From: an uncultured Gemmatimonadales bacterium
GTDB lineage: Bacteria > Gemmatimonadota > Gemmatimonadetes > Longimicrobiales > RSA9
DNA length: 64,000 nucleotides
Reading direction: 5' to 3'
Assembly (NCBI GenBank): GCA_963816355.1
Contig: CAWFKH010000003.1
Coordinates: 704,001-768,000, forward strand
Below the pieces are notes generated by a model that did no database searches, was not told the origin of the DNA, and saw only the letters and a program-made list of their open reading frames with translations. Numbering within the stretch: the stretch's first letter is position 1; each line of letters begins with the position of its first letter. A program made the translations under genes and the position numbers. Below, in pieces: positions 8,843 to 19,637 of this stretch.

Positions 8843-9676
8843 ATGAGAAGAAGACGCTTGCTGATCGTGCTGCTCGTGGCCCTCACTGCCGGCCTCGCCG
8901 CGGCGTACCTGTCGCTCGACTACCTGCGCCAGCAGGCGACGCCGCTGATCGCCGCCACGCCGAAGACGCAGGCCGTCGTCGCCACGCGACCGCTCGCAGT
9001 GGGCCACCAGCTCACCGCCGAGGATGTCAAGGTGATCGACTGGCCCGGCGGCTCGCTGCCCGAAGGCTATTTCGGCTCCGTCGACGAGGTCGTCGGCCGC
9101 GGCGTCATCACGCCGGTCTCCATGAACGAGCCGCTCCTCGCCGGCAAGGTCGCCGACAAGGAGGCGGGCGGCGGCCTGCCGATCGTGATCCCCGAAGGGA
9201 TGCGCGCCGTGAGCGTGCGCGTCGACGAGGTGATCACCGTCGCGGGGTTCGTTGTCCCCCAGACGCGCGTCGACGTGATCGTCACGCTGCCGGAAGGCGA
9301 GGACCAGCGCACGCAGTTCGTGCAGAAACTGGAGAACGTAACCGTCCTCACCGCCGGTCAGATCATCCAGCGCTCGCCGGACGGCACGCCGCAGAAGGTC
9401 TCCGTCATGACGTTCCTGGTGTCGCCGCCGCAGGCGGAGCTGTTGATCATGGCGGCGAAGGTGGGCCAGATCCAGCTCGCGCTGCGCAACACGCTCGACA
9501 CCGATACCATCAGGACGGACGGCGCGCACAAGGGCTCCATTCTGGGGCCGGGTGGCGCGCCGCGGAACTCGGTGGCGCGCGCCCGTGCTGCGGCGCGGGC
9601 GCCCAGCGAGTCGGCCACATTGCCCGGGATCATCGAGGTCTACAAGGGTGGCACCAAGACACTCATCCGGCACTAA
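8843..9676 (+). CDS. cpaB: Flp pilus assembly protein CpaB/RcpC (SAF domain)
   Basis: N-terminal TM, VVATRPLAVG, GMRAVSVRVD, VAGFV.P..RVDVI, QLALRN. Confidence 0.93.
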   Translation: MRRRRLLIVLLVALTAGLAAAYLSLDYLRQQATPLIAATPKTQAVVATRPLAVGHQLTAEDVKVIDWPGGSLPEGYFGSVDEVVGRGVITPVSMNEPLLAGKVADKEAGGGLPIVIPEGMRAVSVRVDEVITVAGFVVPQTRVDVIVTLPEGEDQRTQFVQKLENVTVLTAGQIIQRSPDGTPQKVSVMTFLVSPPQAELLIMAAKVGQIQLALRNTLDTDTIRTDGAHKGSILGPGGAPRNSVARARAAARAPSESATLPGIIEVYKGGTKTLIRH

Positions 9677-9691
9677 CCAGGGGCAAATTCA

Positions 9692-11032
9692 ATGCGGCTT
9701 GCATTCGGCGTGACGACGCGCGGGCGACGGGGTGGGCTCACGGGGGCACTGGCGATGCTGCTCGCCCTGGCGGCACTCGCCCCCCATGGCGCGCAGGCGC
9801 AGCGTGTGCTCACCCAGGCCCAGCAGGTGATCACCATCGCCAAGGGGAAGTCGGCGCTCATCCGGCTCGACCGGCCGATCGCCCGGGTCTCCGTAGGCGA
9901 TCCGGCGGTGGCGGACCCCAACGTGCTCTCGAGCGGCCAGGAGCTGCTCGTCAACGGCGCGGGGCTCGGCACCACCACCCTGATCCTGTGGGACCAGCAG
10001 AACACCCCCACGATCTACACCGTCGAGGTGACCGCTGACGCCCAGGCGCTGGAGCGACAGCTCGAATCGCTCTTCCCGCAGACCAACTTCGAGGTCACGG
10101 CGACCGGCAACAACATCATCCTCTCCGGCACCGTGAACGACGCCACCATCGTGCGGCGCGCCACGGAGATCGCGGAGTCGACCGGCGCCAAGGTGATCAA
10201 CAACCTGCAGGCGCCCTCCGCGGAGCAGATCCTGCTCCAGGTGCGCTTCGCCGAGGTCAACCGTACGGCACTCGAGAACCTGGGCACCCAGCTCGCCGTG
10301 CTGAACCCGCAGAACCTGGACGACGCGGCCAAGAACGGCGACAAGGAGATCGAGACCGTCTCCGACGGCCTCGTCCGCCTCTTCCTGCTCGGCGACAACG
10401 CCAGCTTCTCCGCCTTCATCCGCGCCGCCAAGTCGACCGGCGACTTCAAGAGCCTGGCGGAGCCGAACCTGCTCGCGCTCGAAGGCAAGGAGGCCTCCTT
10501 CCTCGCCGGCGGCGAGTTCCCCTATCCCGCCGTGCAGTCGGTGGGTGGCGGGGGCGCGCAGACCAACGCCATCAGCATCCAGTTCCGCGAGTTCGGCGTG
10601 AAGCTGAAGTTCACGCCGTACGTGACCAACGCGGGCAGCATCCGGCTGCACGTCGCGCCCGAGGTCTCCTCGCTCGACTTCGCCAACGGCGTCAGCGTCT
10701 CCGGCTTCCAGATCCCGAGCATCCTGACCCGCAAGGCGGAGACGGAGGTCGAGCTGAAGCCGGGTCAGCACCTGGCGATCGCCGGCTTGCTCGACAACGA
10801 GACGCTCAACAACATCGACAAGATCCCGGTGCTCGGCGACATCCCGATCCTGGGCGCGCTCTTCCGCTCGAAGAGCCTGCGCCAGCGTCGCACCGAGCTC
10901 CTCGTGCTCATCACGCCCCGCCTGGTCAAGGCGTCCGACGTCGCGCCGAAGCTGCCCACCGGGGAGCCGAGCACGTGGGGCCTCGACAAGTCGCTCACGG
11001 CGCCGCCCGACACCTCGGGCGCGCGGAGGTAG
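9692..11032 (+). CDS. cpaC: Tad secretin CpaC/RcpA
   Basis: Signal peptide; QILLQVRFAEVNR, LAEPNL, ASFLAGGEFP, PVLGDIPILGALFRS, TELLVLITP. Confidence 0.95.
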   Translation: MRLAFGVTTRGRRGGLTGALAMLLALAALAPHGAQAQRVLTQAQQVITIAKGKSALIRLDRPIARVSVGDPAVADPNVLSSGQELLVNGAGLGTTTLILWDQQNTPTIYTVEVTADAQALERQLESLFPQTNFEVTATGNNIILSGTVNDATIVRRATEIAESTGAKVINNLQAPSAEQILLQVRFAEVNRTALENLGTQLAVLNPQNLDDAAKNGDKEIETVSDGLVRLFLLGDNASFSAFIRAAKSTGDFKSLAEPNLLALEGKEASFLAGGEFPYPAVQSVGGGGAQTNAISIQFREFGVKLKFTPYVTNAGSIRLHVAPEVSSLDFANGVSVSGFQIPSILTRKAETEVELKPGQHLAIAGLLDNETLNNIDKIPVLGDIPILGALFRSKSLRQRRTELLVLITPRLVKASDVAPKLPTGEPSTWGLDKSLTAPPDTSGARR

Positions 11033-11043
11033 GAAGGAGCCAC

Positions 11044-12312
11044 ATGACCGCCCAGATCCGTTGTGCGTTCCGGCGCATCCGCCGCGACGAGCGCGGCTCC
11101 GCCATCGTGCTCGTCGCGGTGGCGGGCTTCGCCCTCGTCGCGATCGCGGCGCTCGCCATCGACATCGGCATGCTCTTCAACTCGCGCAGCGAGGCGCAGC
11201 GCACCGCCGACGCGGCCGCGCTCGCCGGCGCCAGCGCCTACATGCCGAACGCCAACGGCACGCCGGTCACGGACACGATCGCCACGGCGAAGTTCCGCGC
11301 GAAGAAGCTGGCGGCGGACAACATGATCCGCACGACGCCGGTCGACACGACGCTGGTCGCGTCGAGCGCGCTCGTCGACAGCACGCAGGAGGCGCTGATC
11401 GAGGTGATCCCGGACAGTCAGAAGGTCCGCGTCACCGTCCATCGCTCCGCCATCGGGCTCTGGTTCGCCCGCGTCTTCGGCGTCAACACGTGGGGTGTGA
11501 GCGCCGTCGCCGAGGCGCGCGTCATCGAAGCGGGCGTCGCCAAGTGCATGAAGCCGTTCGTCGTGCCGGACATGTGGGCGGAGGGCACCACCGACACGGA
11601 CGCCAACCGGGTCCAGAACGGCAGCGAACAGTGGACGTTCGACCCGACTCAGGACTACTACCAGCCCTACAACGTCGACACCGTCCGCATCGGCACGAAT
11701 ACGCCGGCCGGCTACGTGTTCCCGGACCCCAACGACGGCACCGGCTACGGCAGCAACTGGCGCGATGGCACGGGGACGACCGGCGACGTGGGCCGGCAGA
11801 TCGACTTCAAGTACCAGAACCCGAACGACAAGAACTTCGTGCTCACGCCCGGCGTCTTCATGCCGTGGGACCTGCCGGACGCGGATGGCAACTCCGTTCC
11901 CGGCGGCAACTGGTACCGGCAGAACATCTCCACGTGCAACACGAACCCGGTCAGCCTCGGTAAACCGTACCCGATCGAGACCGGCAACATGGTGGGCCCG
12001 ACGTTCCAGGGCGTCAGCGACCTGATCGATCAGGATCCGGGCGCCACCTGGGACCCGCAGGGAGACACCGTGATGGGTTCCAGCTTCCCGTGGAAGGACA
12101 GCCCGCGCGTCGTCAAGATGGCGCTCGCGCCGCCGGACCAGCTCGGCCAGCCGGGGAAGCAGGACGTCACCTTCAACAACTTCGCGCTCTTCTTCATCGA
12201 GGCGATGGACAACCGGCACAACACCGTCACCGGCCGCTACATCGGTCCGGTCGCCGGCGATGAGGGAACCACCGGCGGCTCCCTCGTCTACAGCCTTCGT
12301 CTGATCAAGTAA
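11044..12312 (+). CDS. tadG: TadG-like pilin-associated protein with extracellular C-terminal domain
   Basis: RDERG^SAIVLVA...LAIDIG...AQRTADAAALAGA; C-terminal ..GNMVGPT..G..LRLIK. Confidence 0.82.
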   Translation: MTAQIRCAFRRIRRDERGSAIVLVAVAGFALVAIAALAIDIGMLFNSRSEAQRTADAAALAGASAYMPNANGTPVTDTIATAKFRAKKLAADNMIRTTPVDTTLVASSALVDSTQEALIEVIPDSQKVRVTVHRSAIGLWFARVFGVNTWGVSAVAEARVIEAGVAKCMKPFVVPDMWAEGTTDTDANRVQNGSEQWTFDPTQDYYQPYNVDTVRIGTNTPAGYVFPDPNDGTGYGSNWRDGTGTTGDVGRQIDFKYQNPNDKNFVLTPGVFMPWDLPDADGNSVPGGNWYRQNISTCNTNPVSLGKPYPIETGNMVGPTFQGVSDLIDQDPGATWDPQGDTVMGSSFPWKDSPRVVKMALAPPDQLGQPGKQDVTFNNFALFFIEAMDNRHNTVTGRYIGPVAGDEGTTGGSLVYSLRLIK

Positions 12313-12324
12313 CGGGATCGGCTC

Positions 12325-13602
12325 ATGGACGCCAACTTCACGCGCACCGCACTCGTCACCGCCGACTCGGCGTTCCGCGACTTCGTCAAGTCGACGCTGC
12401 AGTCGGTCCAGGGCGGCCCGGCGATCGGACTCGAGATCATCGCTCCCTTCGAGGAGATCGGGAAGGAGCAGATCGAGAAGCTTCGCGAGTTCTCGCCGGA
12501 CCTCGTCTTCCTGGACCTGGGCGCCGACCCCGTCGTGGGGATCCGCTTCGCGCAGTTCATGAGCGAGGCGGACCCGACCACGCGCCTGATCGCGGCCGGC
12601 CCCGAGCTGTCGCCGGAGCTGCTGCTCGAGGCGATGCGCGCCGGGATCTCCGAGTATCTCGCGCGGCCGGTGTCCGAGGAAGACCTGGCGCAGGCGCTGC
12701 TGCGCATCCGGCGCAAGCTGCGGCGGCCGGGTGCGGGCCAGGAGGAGGCGGAGCCGGGCAAGCTGTTCGTCTTCTTCGCGGCGAAGGGCGGCGTCGGCAC
12801 CACGACGGCGGCGACGAACCTGGCGGTGCAACTGCACAAGCTGACGGGCAAGAAGACGCTGCTGATCGACCTCGACCTGGAGCTGGGCGAGACCGCGCTG
12901 CTGCTGGGCGTGCGGCCGCGCTTCAACTTCATCGACATGGTGAAGAACTTCCACCGCATGGACGCCGAGCTGCTCGCCTCCTACATCGAGCGGCACGACT
13001 CCGGCGTCCACCTGCTCTCCTCCCCCGTGCGCCCCGAGCGCATCGAGGAGGTGACCGCGGACGAGGTGCACGCCGTGCTGCGCTTCCTCAAGCAGCACTA
13101 CGACTACATCGTCGTCGACACGTCGAAGACGTTCTCGCAGCACTCGGCCGCCGCGTTCGAGGAAGCGGACCTGATCTTCCTCCTCACCACGCCGGACCTG
13201 CCATCGCTGCGCAACGCGAAGCGCTCGATCCCGATCCTCGAGCGCGTCACCGGCAAGGGCGCCGGCCGCTTGCGGCTCATCGTGAACCGCGCCCACGCCC
13301 GCACCGTGATCACGCTCGACGACATCAAGCGGACGCTGGAGCTGGAGATCTTCTTCACCCTCGCCAACGACTACGGCGCGATCAGCTCCTCCGTGAACGC
13401 GGGCAAGCCGGTGGTGCTCAACGGCTCCGGCTCCCCGTACGTCAAGGACGTCAAGGCGCTCGCCGCCGAGCTCGCGGGCCTCGGCGGCCCGCAGCAGACC
13501 GGGCGCCTCGCGCTCGCGCCCTTCAGCGGGCTGTTCCGCCGCCTGAGGGGCCGCGACGAGAAGGAAGCCGAGCAGCCGGAAGAGGTGACGCAGAATGAGT
13601 AA
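12325..13602 (+). CDS. cpaE: CpaE/TadZ (receiver-like plus MinD/ParA-like domain)
   Basis: [18 protein letters not shown] (deviant Walker A), [14 protein letters not shown]. Confidence 0.92.
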   Translation: MDANFTRTALVTADSAFRDFVKSTLQSVQGGPAIGLEIIAPFEEIGKEQIEKLREFSPDLVFLDLGADPVVGIRFAQFMSEADPTTRLIAAGPELSPELLLEAMRAGISEYLARPVSEEDLAQALLRIRRKLRRPGAGQEEAEPGKLFVFFAAKGGVGTTTAATNLAVQLHKLTGKKTLLIDLDLELGETALLLGVRPRFNFIDMVKNFHRMDAELLASYIERHDSGVHLLSSPVRPERIEEVTADEVHAVLRFLKQHYDYIVVDTSKTFSQHSAAAFEEADLIFLLTTPDLPSLRNAKRSIPILERVTGKGAGRLRLIVNRAHARTVITLDDIKRTLELEIFFTLANDYGAISSSVNAGKPVVLNGSGSPYVKDVKALAAELAGLGGPQQTGRLALAPFSGLFRRLRGRDEKEAEQPEEVTQNE

Positions 13603-15031
13603 GCGCATGCCGCCCGGGGGCGCCCAGGACCCGACCGCTCCCGCGAACGGATCCAACTTCGCGTGGGAGCAGACGGCCGACGCGCCGGCGATGAAGGAGG
13701 AGCTGAAGGGCCGCATCCACCGCCGGCTCCTGGAGCGGCTCAACCTCGCCAACCTCGAGAACCTCGCCCGCGAGGAGGCGGCGGTCGCCATCCGCCGCGT
13801 CGTCCACGAGCTGCTCGAAGCCGAGGGCGCGCCCCTCAACTTCGAGGAGCGCGAGGAGGTGGTCGACCAGGTCCTCGACGAGATCTTCGGCCTCGGACCG
13901 CTCGAGCCGCTGATGAAGGAAGCGGAGATCTCGGACGTCCTGGTCAACACCTACAACAACGTCTACATCGAGCGCTTCGGCAAGCTCGAGAAGACGAACG
14001 TCCGCTTCCGCGACGACCGCCACCTGCTGCAGGTGATCGACCGCATCGTCTCCGCCGTGGGCCGCCGCATCGACGACTCCTCGCCGATGGTCGACGCGCG
14101 CCTGCCGGACGGCTCGCGCGTCAACGCGATCATTCCGCCGCTGGCGCTCGACGGGCCGCACCTCTCGATCCGTAAGTTCAAGCGCGACACGCTCTCCGGC
14201 GAGGACCTGCTGCGCTACGGCTCGTGCACGGAGCAGATGCTCGAGCTGATGAAGGGGATCGTCCAGGCGCGCCTCAACGTCCTCATCTCCGGCGGCACCG
14301 GCTCCGGTAAGACGACGCTGCTCAACATCCTCTCCAGCTTCATTCCGGCCCGCGAGCGCATCGTCACCATCGAGGACGCCGCCGAGCTGCAGCTGCGCCA
14401 GCCGCACGTCGTCCGCCTCGAGACGCGCCCGGCCAACATCGAGGGCAAGGGCGCGGTGCCGCAGCGCAATCTGCTGATCAACGCGCTGCGCATGCGGCCC
14501 GACCGCATCATCCTCGGCGAGGTCCGCGGCGCCGAGGCGGTCGACATGCTGCAGGCGATGAACACCGGCCACGACGGCTCGCTCGCCACGCTGCACGCGA
14601 ACACGCCGCGCGACGCGCTCAGCCGTCTCGAGACGATGATCTCGATGGCGGAGTTGAACCTGCCGGAGAAGGCGATGCGGCAGCAGATCGCGAGCGCCGT
14701 GCACGTCATCGTCCAGGGCGCCCGCCTCTCCGACGGCACCCGCAAGCTGATGACGATCGCCGAGATCGTGGGCATGGAGGGCGACGTCATCACGATGCAG
14801 GACATCTTCGTCTACGAACGCGAGGGGCTCGACGAGAACGGCAACATCATCGGACGCTTCCGCGCCACCGGCATCCGGCCGAAGTTCGCCGACAAGCTGA
14901 AGGCGCAGGGGATCCAGCTCTCGACGATGCTCTTTTCGGAGCCGGAGCCGGGCGCCGTCGGCGTCGAGCGCGGCTCGGAGCGCGGCGAGCGCGGTGAGTC
15001 CGTCGTCACGCGCACGGAGCGGAGGTGGTAG
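13595..15031 (+). CDS. cpaF: Tad pilus motor ATPase CpaF/TadA
   Basis: [50 protein letters not shown]. Confidence 0.97.
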   Translation: MSKRMPPGGAQDPTAPANGSNFAWEQTADAPAMKEELKGRIHRRLLERLNLANLENLAREEAAVAIRRVVHELLEAEGAPLNFEEREEVVDQVLDEIFGLGPLEPLMKEAEISDVLVNTYNNVYIERFGKLEKTNVRFRDDRHLLQVIDRIVSAVGRRIDDSSPMVDARLPDGSRVNAIIPPLALDGPHLSIRKFKRDTLSGEDLLRYGSCTEQMLELMKGIVQARLNVLISGGTGSGKTTLLNILSSFIPARERIVTIEDAAELQLRQPHVVRLETRPANIEGKGAVPQRNLLINALRMRPDRIILGEVRGAEAVDMLQAMNTGHDGSLATLHANTPRDALSRLETMISMAELNLPEKAMRQQIASAVHVIVQGARLSDGTRKLMTIAEIVGMEGDVITMQDIFVYEREGLDENGNIIGRFRATGIRPKFADKLKAQGIQLSTMLFSEPEPGAVGVERGSERGERGESVVTRTERRW

Positions 15032-15033
15032 CG

Positions 15034-16014
15034 ATGGGTACGCTCCTTCCCGCCCTCTTCGTCTTCGTCACCATCGCCCTCGTCACCGTCTCTCTGGCGG
15101 TGGGCTGGGAGATGCTGCGCGAGTCGCAGCAGCGGCGGCGTGCGGTCAAGCAGTTGGAGAACATCGAGCAGGACGTCTTCGGCCAGGAGGCCACCGCGGA
15201 GACGGACCTGATCCGGCGCGCGCGCTCCGGACAGCTCGGCTGGATCGAGGCGACCGCGCTGCAGATGCCGCGCTTCCGCGAGCTCGCCGTCCTGATGGAG
15301 CGTGGCGACGTCACCTTCAGCGTGCAGACCTTCATCCTGCTTACGGTCGGGATGGCGCTCGCGGGTGGCCTCACGCTGTTGCTCGCGACCGGAAGCTTCA
15401 TCGTCGCCGTCATCGCCGCCGCGGGCGCGGCCGCGCTGCCGTACGGGTACGTGAAGTTCAAGAAGTGGCGTCGCACGAACCGCTTCGAGACGCTCTTCCC
15501 GGAGGCGATCGACCTCATGGGCCGGGCGATCCGCGCCGGTCACCCGCTTTCCTCGGGCATCCGCATGGTCGCCGAGGAGATGCCGGACCCGGTGGGCGGC
15601 GAGTTCCGCCGCGTCTTCGAGGAGCAGCGCTTCGGCCTGCCGTTCCCCGACGCGCTGCTCTCCCTCGCGGATCGCAACGACCTCGTCGACGTCCGCATCT
15701 TCGTCACCGCGGTGCTGATCCAGCGCGAGGTGGGCGGCAACCTGGCCGAGATCCTGGACAAGCTGTCGCGGATGATCCGCATGCGCTTCGCGATCCGGCG
15801 CCAGCTGCGCACCTACACCGCGCAGGGCCGCATGAGCGGCTACGTCCTCGCGGGCATCCCGTTCTTCGTCGCCTTTGCGATCTACACCCTGAACCCGCAG
15901 TACATGCGCCTCCTCTTCACGGAGCCCGCGGGTCGTTTCATGATCCTCGGCGGCGTGATCCTGCAGTTCATCGGATTCCTCTGGATCCGCAAGATCGTCA
16001 ACATCGAGATCTAG
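15034..16014 (+). CDS. tadB: TadB platform protein (GspF-like)
   Basis: GGAGGT RBS; FPEAIDLMGRAIRAGH, QREVGGNLAEIL, TAQGRMS. Confidence 0.93.
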   Translation: MGTLLPALFVFVTIALVTVSLAVGWEMLRESQQRRRAVKQLENIEQDVFGQEATAETDLIRRARSGQLGWIEATALQMPRFRELAVLMERGDVTFSVQTFILLTVGMALAGGLTLLLATGSFIVAVIAAAGAAALPYGYVKFKKWRRTNRFETLFPEAIDLMGRAIRAGHPLSSGIRMVAEEMPDPVGGEFRRVFEEQRFGLPFPDALLSLADRNDLVDVRIFVTAVLIQREVGGNLAEILDKLSRMIRMRFAIRRQLRTYTAQGRMSGYVLAGIPFFVAFAIYTLNPQYMRLLFTEPAGRFMILGGVILQFIGFLWIRKIVNIEI

Positions 16015-16024
16015 GGGGAACGTC

Positions 16025-16963
16025 TTGATCTACCTCATCGTCGCACTCGCAGCCACCTCGATCGCGCTCATCGTCGGCCTCGCCATCCAGGCCGTGCCCG
16101 CGCGCTCCGGAGCGGTCAGCCGCCGCCTCGAGGAAGTGCGCCGGATCGCCAGCCCGAGCCCCGCCATCGAGGCGACCCGCAAGGAGCGTCGCCGCGAGCG
16201 CGGCCGGCGCATCCAGGGTCTGCTCTCCGTCGTCGGCACCGTCATCGAGGGCCGCCAGCGCTCCTCCGCCGCGACGCGCGAGCTGCTCGCGCACGCCGGC
16301 TTCCGCCAGCCCGGCGCGGTCGGCGTCTACCTCGGCGCGCGCGCGCTGCTTCCGCCCGCGCTCGGCACGCTGCTCTTCGCGATCCTGCTCGTCGCCTCGC
16401 ACGAGCCGCGCGTCGCCATCCTCGGCGCCGCGGGCGGCGCGATCTTCGGCTGGATCCTGCCGGTCTTCTACGTGGGCAAGCGCAAGAAGAAGCGCGTCAA
16501 GGAGCTGCAGCTCGCGCTGCCGGATGCGCTCGACCTCCTCGTCGTCTGCGTCGAGGCCGGCCTCGGCCTGAACCAGGCGCTGCTCCGCGTCTCCGACGAG
16601 ATCCGCCACGTGAGCACGCTGATGAGCGACGAGCTCGCGCTCGTGAACCTCGAGATCCGCGCCGGCGCTGCGCGCGAGGAGGCGCTGCGCAACCTGGGCG
16701 AGCGGAGCGGCGTCGAGGACATCCGCTCCCTCACCACGATCCTGATCCAGACGGACCGCTTCGGCACCTCGGTCGCCACGGCCCTCCGCGTCCAGTCGGA
16801 CACGCTGCGGGAGAAGCGCAAGCAGCGCGCGGAGGAGGCGGCGGCCAAGACGACGATCAAGATGGTGGTGCCGCTGGTGTTCTGCATCTTCCCGGCCCTC
16901 TTCATCGTGATTCTGGGGCCGGGTGCGATCCAGATCTACAAGACCTTCACCACGCAGCTCTGA
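16025..16963 (+). CDS. tadC: TadC platform protein (GspF-like)
   Basis: LPDALDLLVVCVEAGLGL, QTDRFGTS, RAEEAAAK, PLVFCIFPAL. Confidence 0.93.
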   Translation: MIYLIVALAATSIALIVGLAIQAVPARSGAVSRRLEEVRRIASPSPAIEATRKERRRERGRRIQGLLSVVGTVIEGRQRSSAATRELLAHAGFRQPGAVGVYLGARALLPPALGTLLFAILLVASHEPRVAILGAAGGAIFGWILPVFYVGKRKKKRVKELQLALPDALDLLVVCVEAGLGLNQALLRVSDEIRHVSTLMSDELALVNLEIRAGAAREEALRNLGERSGVEDIRSLTTILIQTDRFGTSVATALRVQSDTLREKRKQRAEEAAAKTTIKMVVPLVFCIFPALFIVILGPGAIQIYKTFTTQL

Positions 16964-17439
16964 TGGCGCGCTTCGTCCGGGTGATGAACACGACCCGGAA
17001 CGCCGTGCTCGGCGGCAGGATCCGCATCGCCGACGATTTCCGCTCGCGGACGCTCGGCCTGCTCGGAAGCACGCCGCCGCTGCCGGGCGAAGGATTGCTG
17101 CTGATCCCCTGCCGGGGGATCCACATGATCGGCCTGCGCTTTCCGCTCGACGTCGTATTCCTCGACGCTCGCGGCGTCGTGCGCGCGGCCTTCCACGACC
17201 TCCAGCCCGGGCTGCGCCTGCGCTGGAACCGCCACGCCGCTTCGACGCTCGAGCTGCCGGCGGGTACGCTGCGCGCCTCCGGCACGCGCCGCGGCGATGT
17301 CATCGCGTGGCTCCCCGGCGAAGGCGCCGGGCAGGGCTCCAGGCCGGAGCGGATACGAAACGATGAGGCGAAGCGACAGGATTCTCCCCCTGTATCGCAG
17401 TCGCACGACGTGGCTTCGAAACGGGAGGTGATCGGATGA
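16963..17439 (+). CDS. DUF192-family protein
   Basis: ADDFRSRTLGLLG, GLLLIPCRGIHMIGLRFPLDVVFLD, LELPAG. Confidence 0.8.
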   Translation: MARFVRVMNTTRNAVLGGRIRIADDFRSRTLGLLGSTPPLPGEGLLLIPCRGIHMIGLRFPLDVVFLDARGVVRAAFHDLQPGLRLRWNRHAASTLELPAGTLRASGTRRGDVIAWLPGEGAGQGSRPERIRNDEAKRQDSPPVSQSHDVASKREVIG

Positions 17440-18884
17440 GTGCGATGGCTGCCCAGGCTTTGCTGGACGAGACCGAGACGATGGAGCGACCTTCGTCGCC
17501 GCCGATCCCCGAGTCGATCAAGGACACGGGACTCTCGCGCGAGATGATCAGCGATCTGCTGCTCAAGATCCTCTACGTGCAGGGCGCTCGTACCGGCAAT
17601 CAGCTCACGGAGACGATCTGCCTGCCGTTCGGCATCGTCGACGACATCCTGCTCGAGCTGCAGCAGCGCCGCTTCATCGAGGTGCGCGGCACGCACGGCC
17701 ACGGCCGCGAGGGCTACATGTACGACATCGGCGGCGACGGCCGCCGGCGCGCCAAGGAAGCGCTCGAGCAGAACCAGTACGCCGGCGCCGCTCCCGTCCC
17801 GCTCAGCCAGTATCGGGAATGGGTGCTCAATCAGACGATCGCGGGCCTGACCATCACGCGGAACCGCATCCGCGGCGGCTTCCCGGACCTCGTCCTCGAC
17901 GAGCACATGTTCGAGATGCTCGGGCCCGCCGTGAACTCCGCCAAGTCGCTCTTCCTCTACGGCGAGCCGGGCAACGGCAAGACGCACATCGCGGAGACGA
18001 TCGCGCGCCTCATGGGCGAGGGCGGCGTCTACATCCCGCACGCGGTCGAGATCGAGGGCCAGATCATGATCTTCTACGATCCGGTCCACCACCGCCGCAT
18101 CGACCTCGACGAGGAAGCCGAGGAGACGGACGAGGGCGGCCGCGCTTCCGTCGAGTCCATGCTCTTCCGCAAGCGCAGCCCGACCGACCGCCGCTACGTC
18201 CGCGTCACGAGGCCGGTCGTCGTCACGGGCGGCGAGCTCACGCTCGACCAGCTCGACATGCAGTTCGACCACCAGACCAAGCTCTACCAGGCACCCTTCC
18301 AGGTGAAGGCCAACGGCGGCGTGCTCATCATCGACGACTTCGGCCGCCAGCGCGTGCCGCCCCACGAGCTGCTCAACCGGTGGATCGTGCCGCTCGAGAA
18401 GCGCAAGGACTTCCTGACGCTGCACACCGGCGTCAAGTTCCCCGTGCCGTTCGACTGCCTGCTCATCTTCGCCACCAACCTCGATCCGTCCGACCTCGTC
18501 GACGAGGCGTTCATGCGACGGATCCACTACAAGGTCCGCGTCCACAACCCCGTGCGCGAGCAGTACGAGGAGATCTTCCGCCGCGCCTGCGACTCCAAGG
18601 GCATCAAGTTCGATCCCCGCGCCGTCGAGTACATCTACCGCAAGTACTACAACGGCCTCGGCATCGAGCCGCGCGGCTGCCATCCCCGCGACCTGACCGA
18701 CCATCTCTGCGACTTCGCGCGCTACCACGAGCGCGAGCCCGGCCTCTCGCCGGACCTCATCGACCACGCCGCCGAGTCGTACTTCCTCGTCATGGCCGCC
18801 GACAAGATGCGCGGCCCGACGATGGCACGCCCCGCCCAGCACACGCTCGGCTCCAAGTCCGACGCGGAGAGCGCCGACGCATGA
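17436..18884 (+). CDS. AAA+ ATPase with N-terminal winged-helix-like region (tad-associated, function unknown)
   Basis: Walker A GEPGNGKT, Walker B LIIDDFGRQ, FATNL, DEAFMRRI. Confidence 0.85.
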   Translation: MSAMAAQALLDETETMERPSSPPIPESIKDTGLSREMISDLLLKILYVQGARTGNQLTETICLPFGIVDDILLELQQRRFIEVRGTHGHGREGYMYDIGGDGRRRAKEALEQNQYAGAAPVPLSQYREWVLNQTIAGLTITRNRIRGGFPDLVLDEHMFEMLGPAVNSAKSLFLYGEPGNGKTHIAETIARLMGEGGVYIPHAVEIEGQIMIFYDPVHHRRIDLDEEAEETDEGGRASVESMLFRKRSPTDRRYVRVTRPVVVTGGELTLDQLDMQFDHQTKLYQAPFQVKANGGVLIIDDFGRQRVPPHELLNRWIVPLEKRKDFLTLHTGVKFPVPFDCLLIFATNLDPSDLVDEAFMRRIHYKVRVHNPVREQYEEIFRRACDSKGIKFDPRAVEYIYRKYYNGLGIEPRGCHPRDLTDHLCDFARYHEREPGLSPDLIDHAAESYFLVMAADKMRGPTMARPAQHTLGSKSDAESADA

Positions 18885-19567
18885 GCGAGCAAGACTGGAA
18901 CCCCGCCGACTACCGGCCTTCCCCAGAGACCCCCGCCGGGCGCAAGACCGTCGAAGAGCTCGCGCGCGAGTTCGAGGACGTCGTCGTCCAGCGGCTCAGC
19001 CGCGTCGAGGCCAGCAACCGCCGCCTGCGCGCCACCGTGCTCGGCTTCGTCGTGCTCAACCTGCTCCTCGCCCTCGGCGGCGCCGCCATCATCTACACGA
19101 TGACCCGCGGCGGCCGCCCCGCGTGGGCCGCCCACACCGTCACCGCGCGCCGCTTCGCCCTCGCCGACGCCGCCGGCAACGTGCGCGGCTACTGGGGCGT
19201 CGATCAGGACGGCGCCAACCGATTCGTCCTCTCCGATTCCGCCGGCCACGAGCGCATGAGCTTCTCCGTCCTCTCCGACGGCGGCTCCCCCGGTCTCTCG
19301 CTCAGCGACGAGAGCGGGACCGCGCGCGTCGCCCTCGCCTACCTCCCCGACGAGACCAGCACCCTCGTCTTCGCCGACCGCGCCGGCGTCGCCCGCGCCG
19401 TCTTCGGCGTCTCCGCACAGTCCGCCACCGTCCTGTTCGCCGACCGCCAGGGCAATACCAAGGCGGGCCTCGGCGTCGACCAGCTCGGCCAGCCGAATCT
19501 CGTGCTCTCCGAGGAGGACGCTGGGACGCCGGTGGATACGGTCGCGGCGGATACGACGGGGGGGTGA
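18881..19567 (+). CDS. Single-pass membrane protein with five ~23-aa beta-strand repeats
   Basis: ATGA overlap; coiled segment, TM VLGFVVLNLLLALGGAAIIY, repeats of (L/F)-(A/S)-D-x-x-G-x-x-(R/K). Confidence 0.75.
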   Translation: MSEQDWNPADYRPSPETPAGRKTVEELAREFEDVVVQRLSRVEASNRRLRATVLGFVVLNLLLALGGAAIIYTMTRGGRPAWAAHTVTARRFALADAAGNVRGYWGVDQDGANRFVLSDSAGHERMSFSVLSDGGSPGLSLSDESGTARVALAYLPDETSTLVFADRAGVARAVFGVSAQSATVLFADRQGNTKAGLGVDQLGQPNLVLSEEDAGTPVDTVAADTTGG

Positions 19568-19584
19568 GGGGGGGACTGCGGACG

Positions 19585-19633
19585 GCGGGATTCAACTGCG
19601 GGATTCAACTGCGGGATGGGCTGCGGGATCGGC
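19585..19633. repeat. Short 13-bp tandem repeat GCGGGATTCAACT (2 perfect plus 2 degenerate), same family as arrays at 59613-59663 and 60121-60276
   Basis: Units at 19585, 19598, 19611, 19623. Confidence 0.75.
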
Positions 19634-19637
19634 ACGC

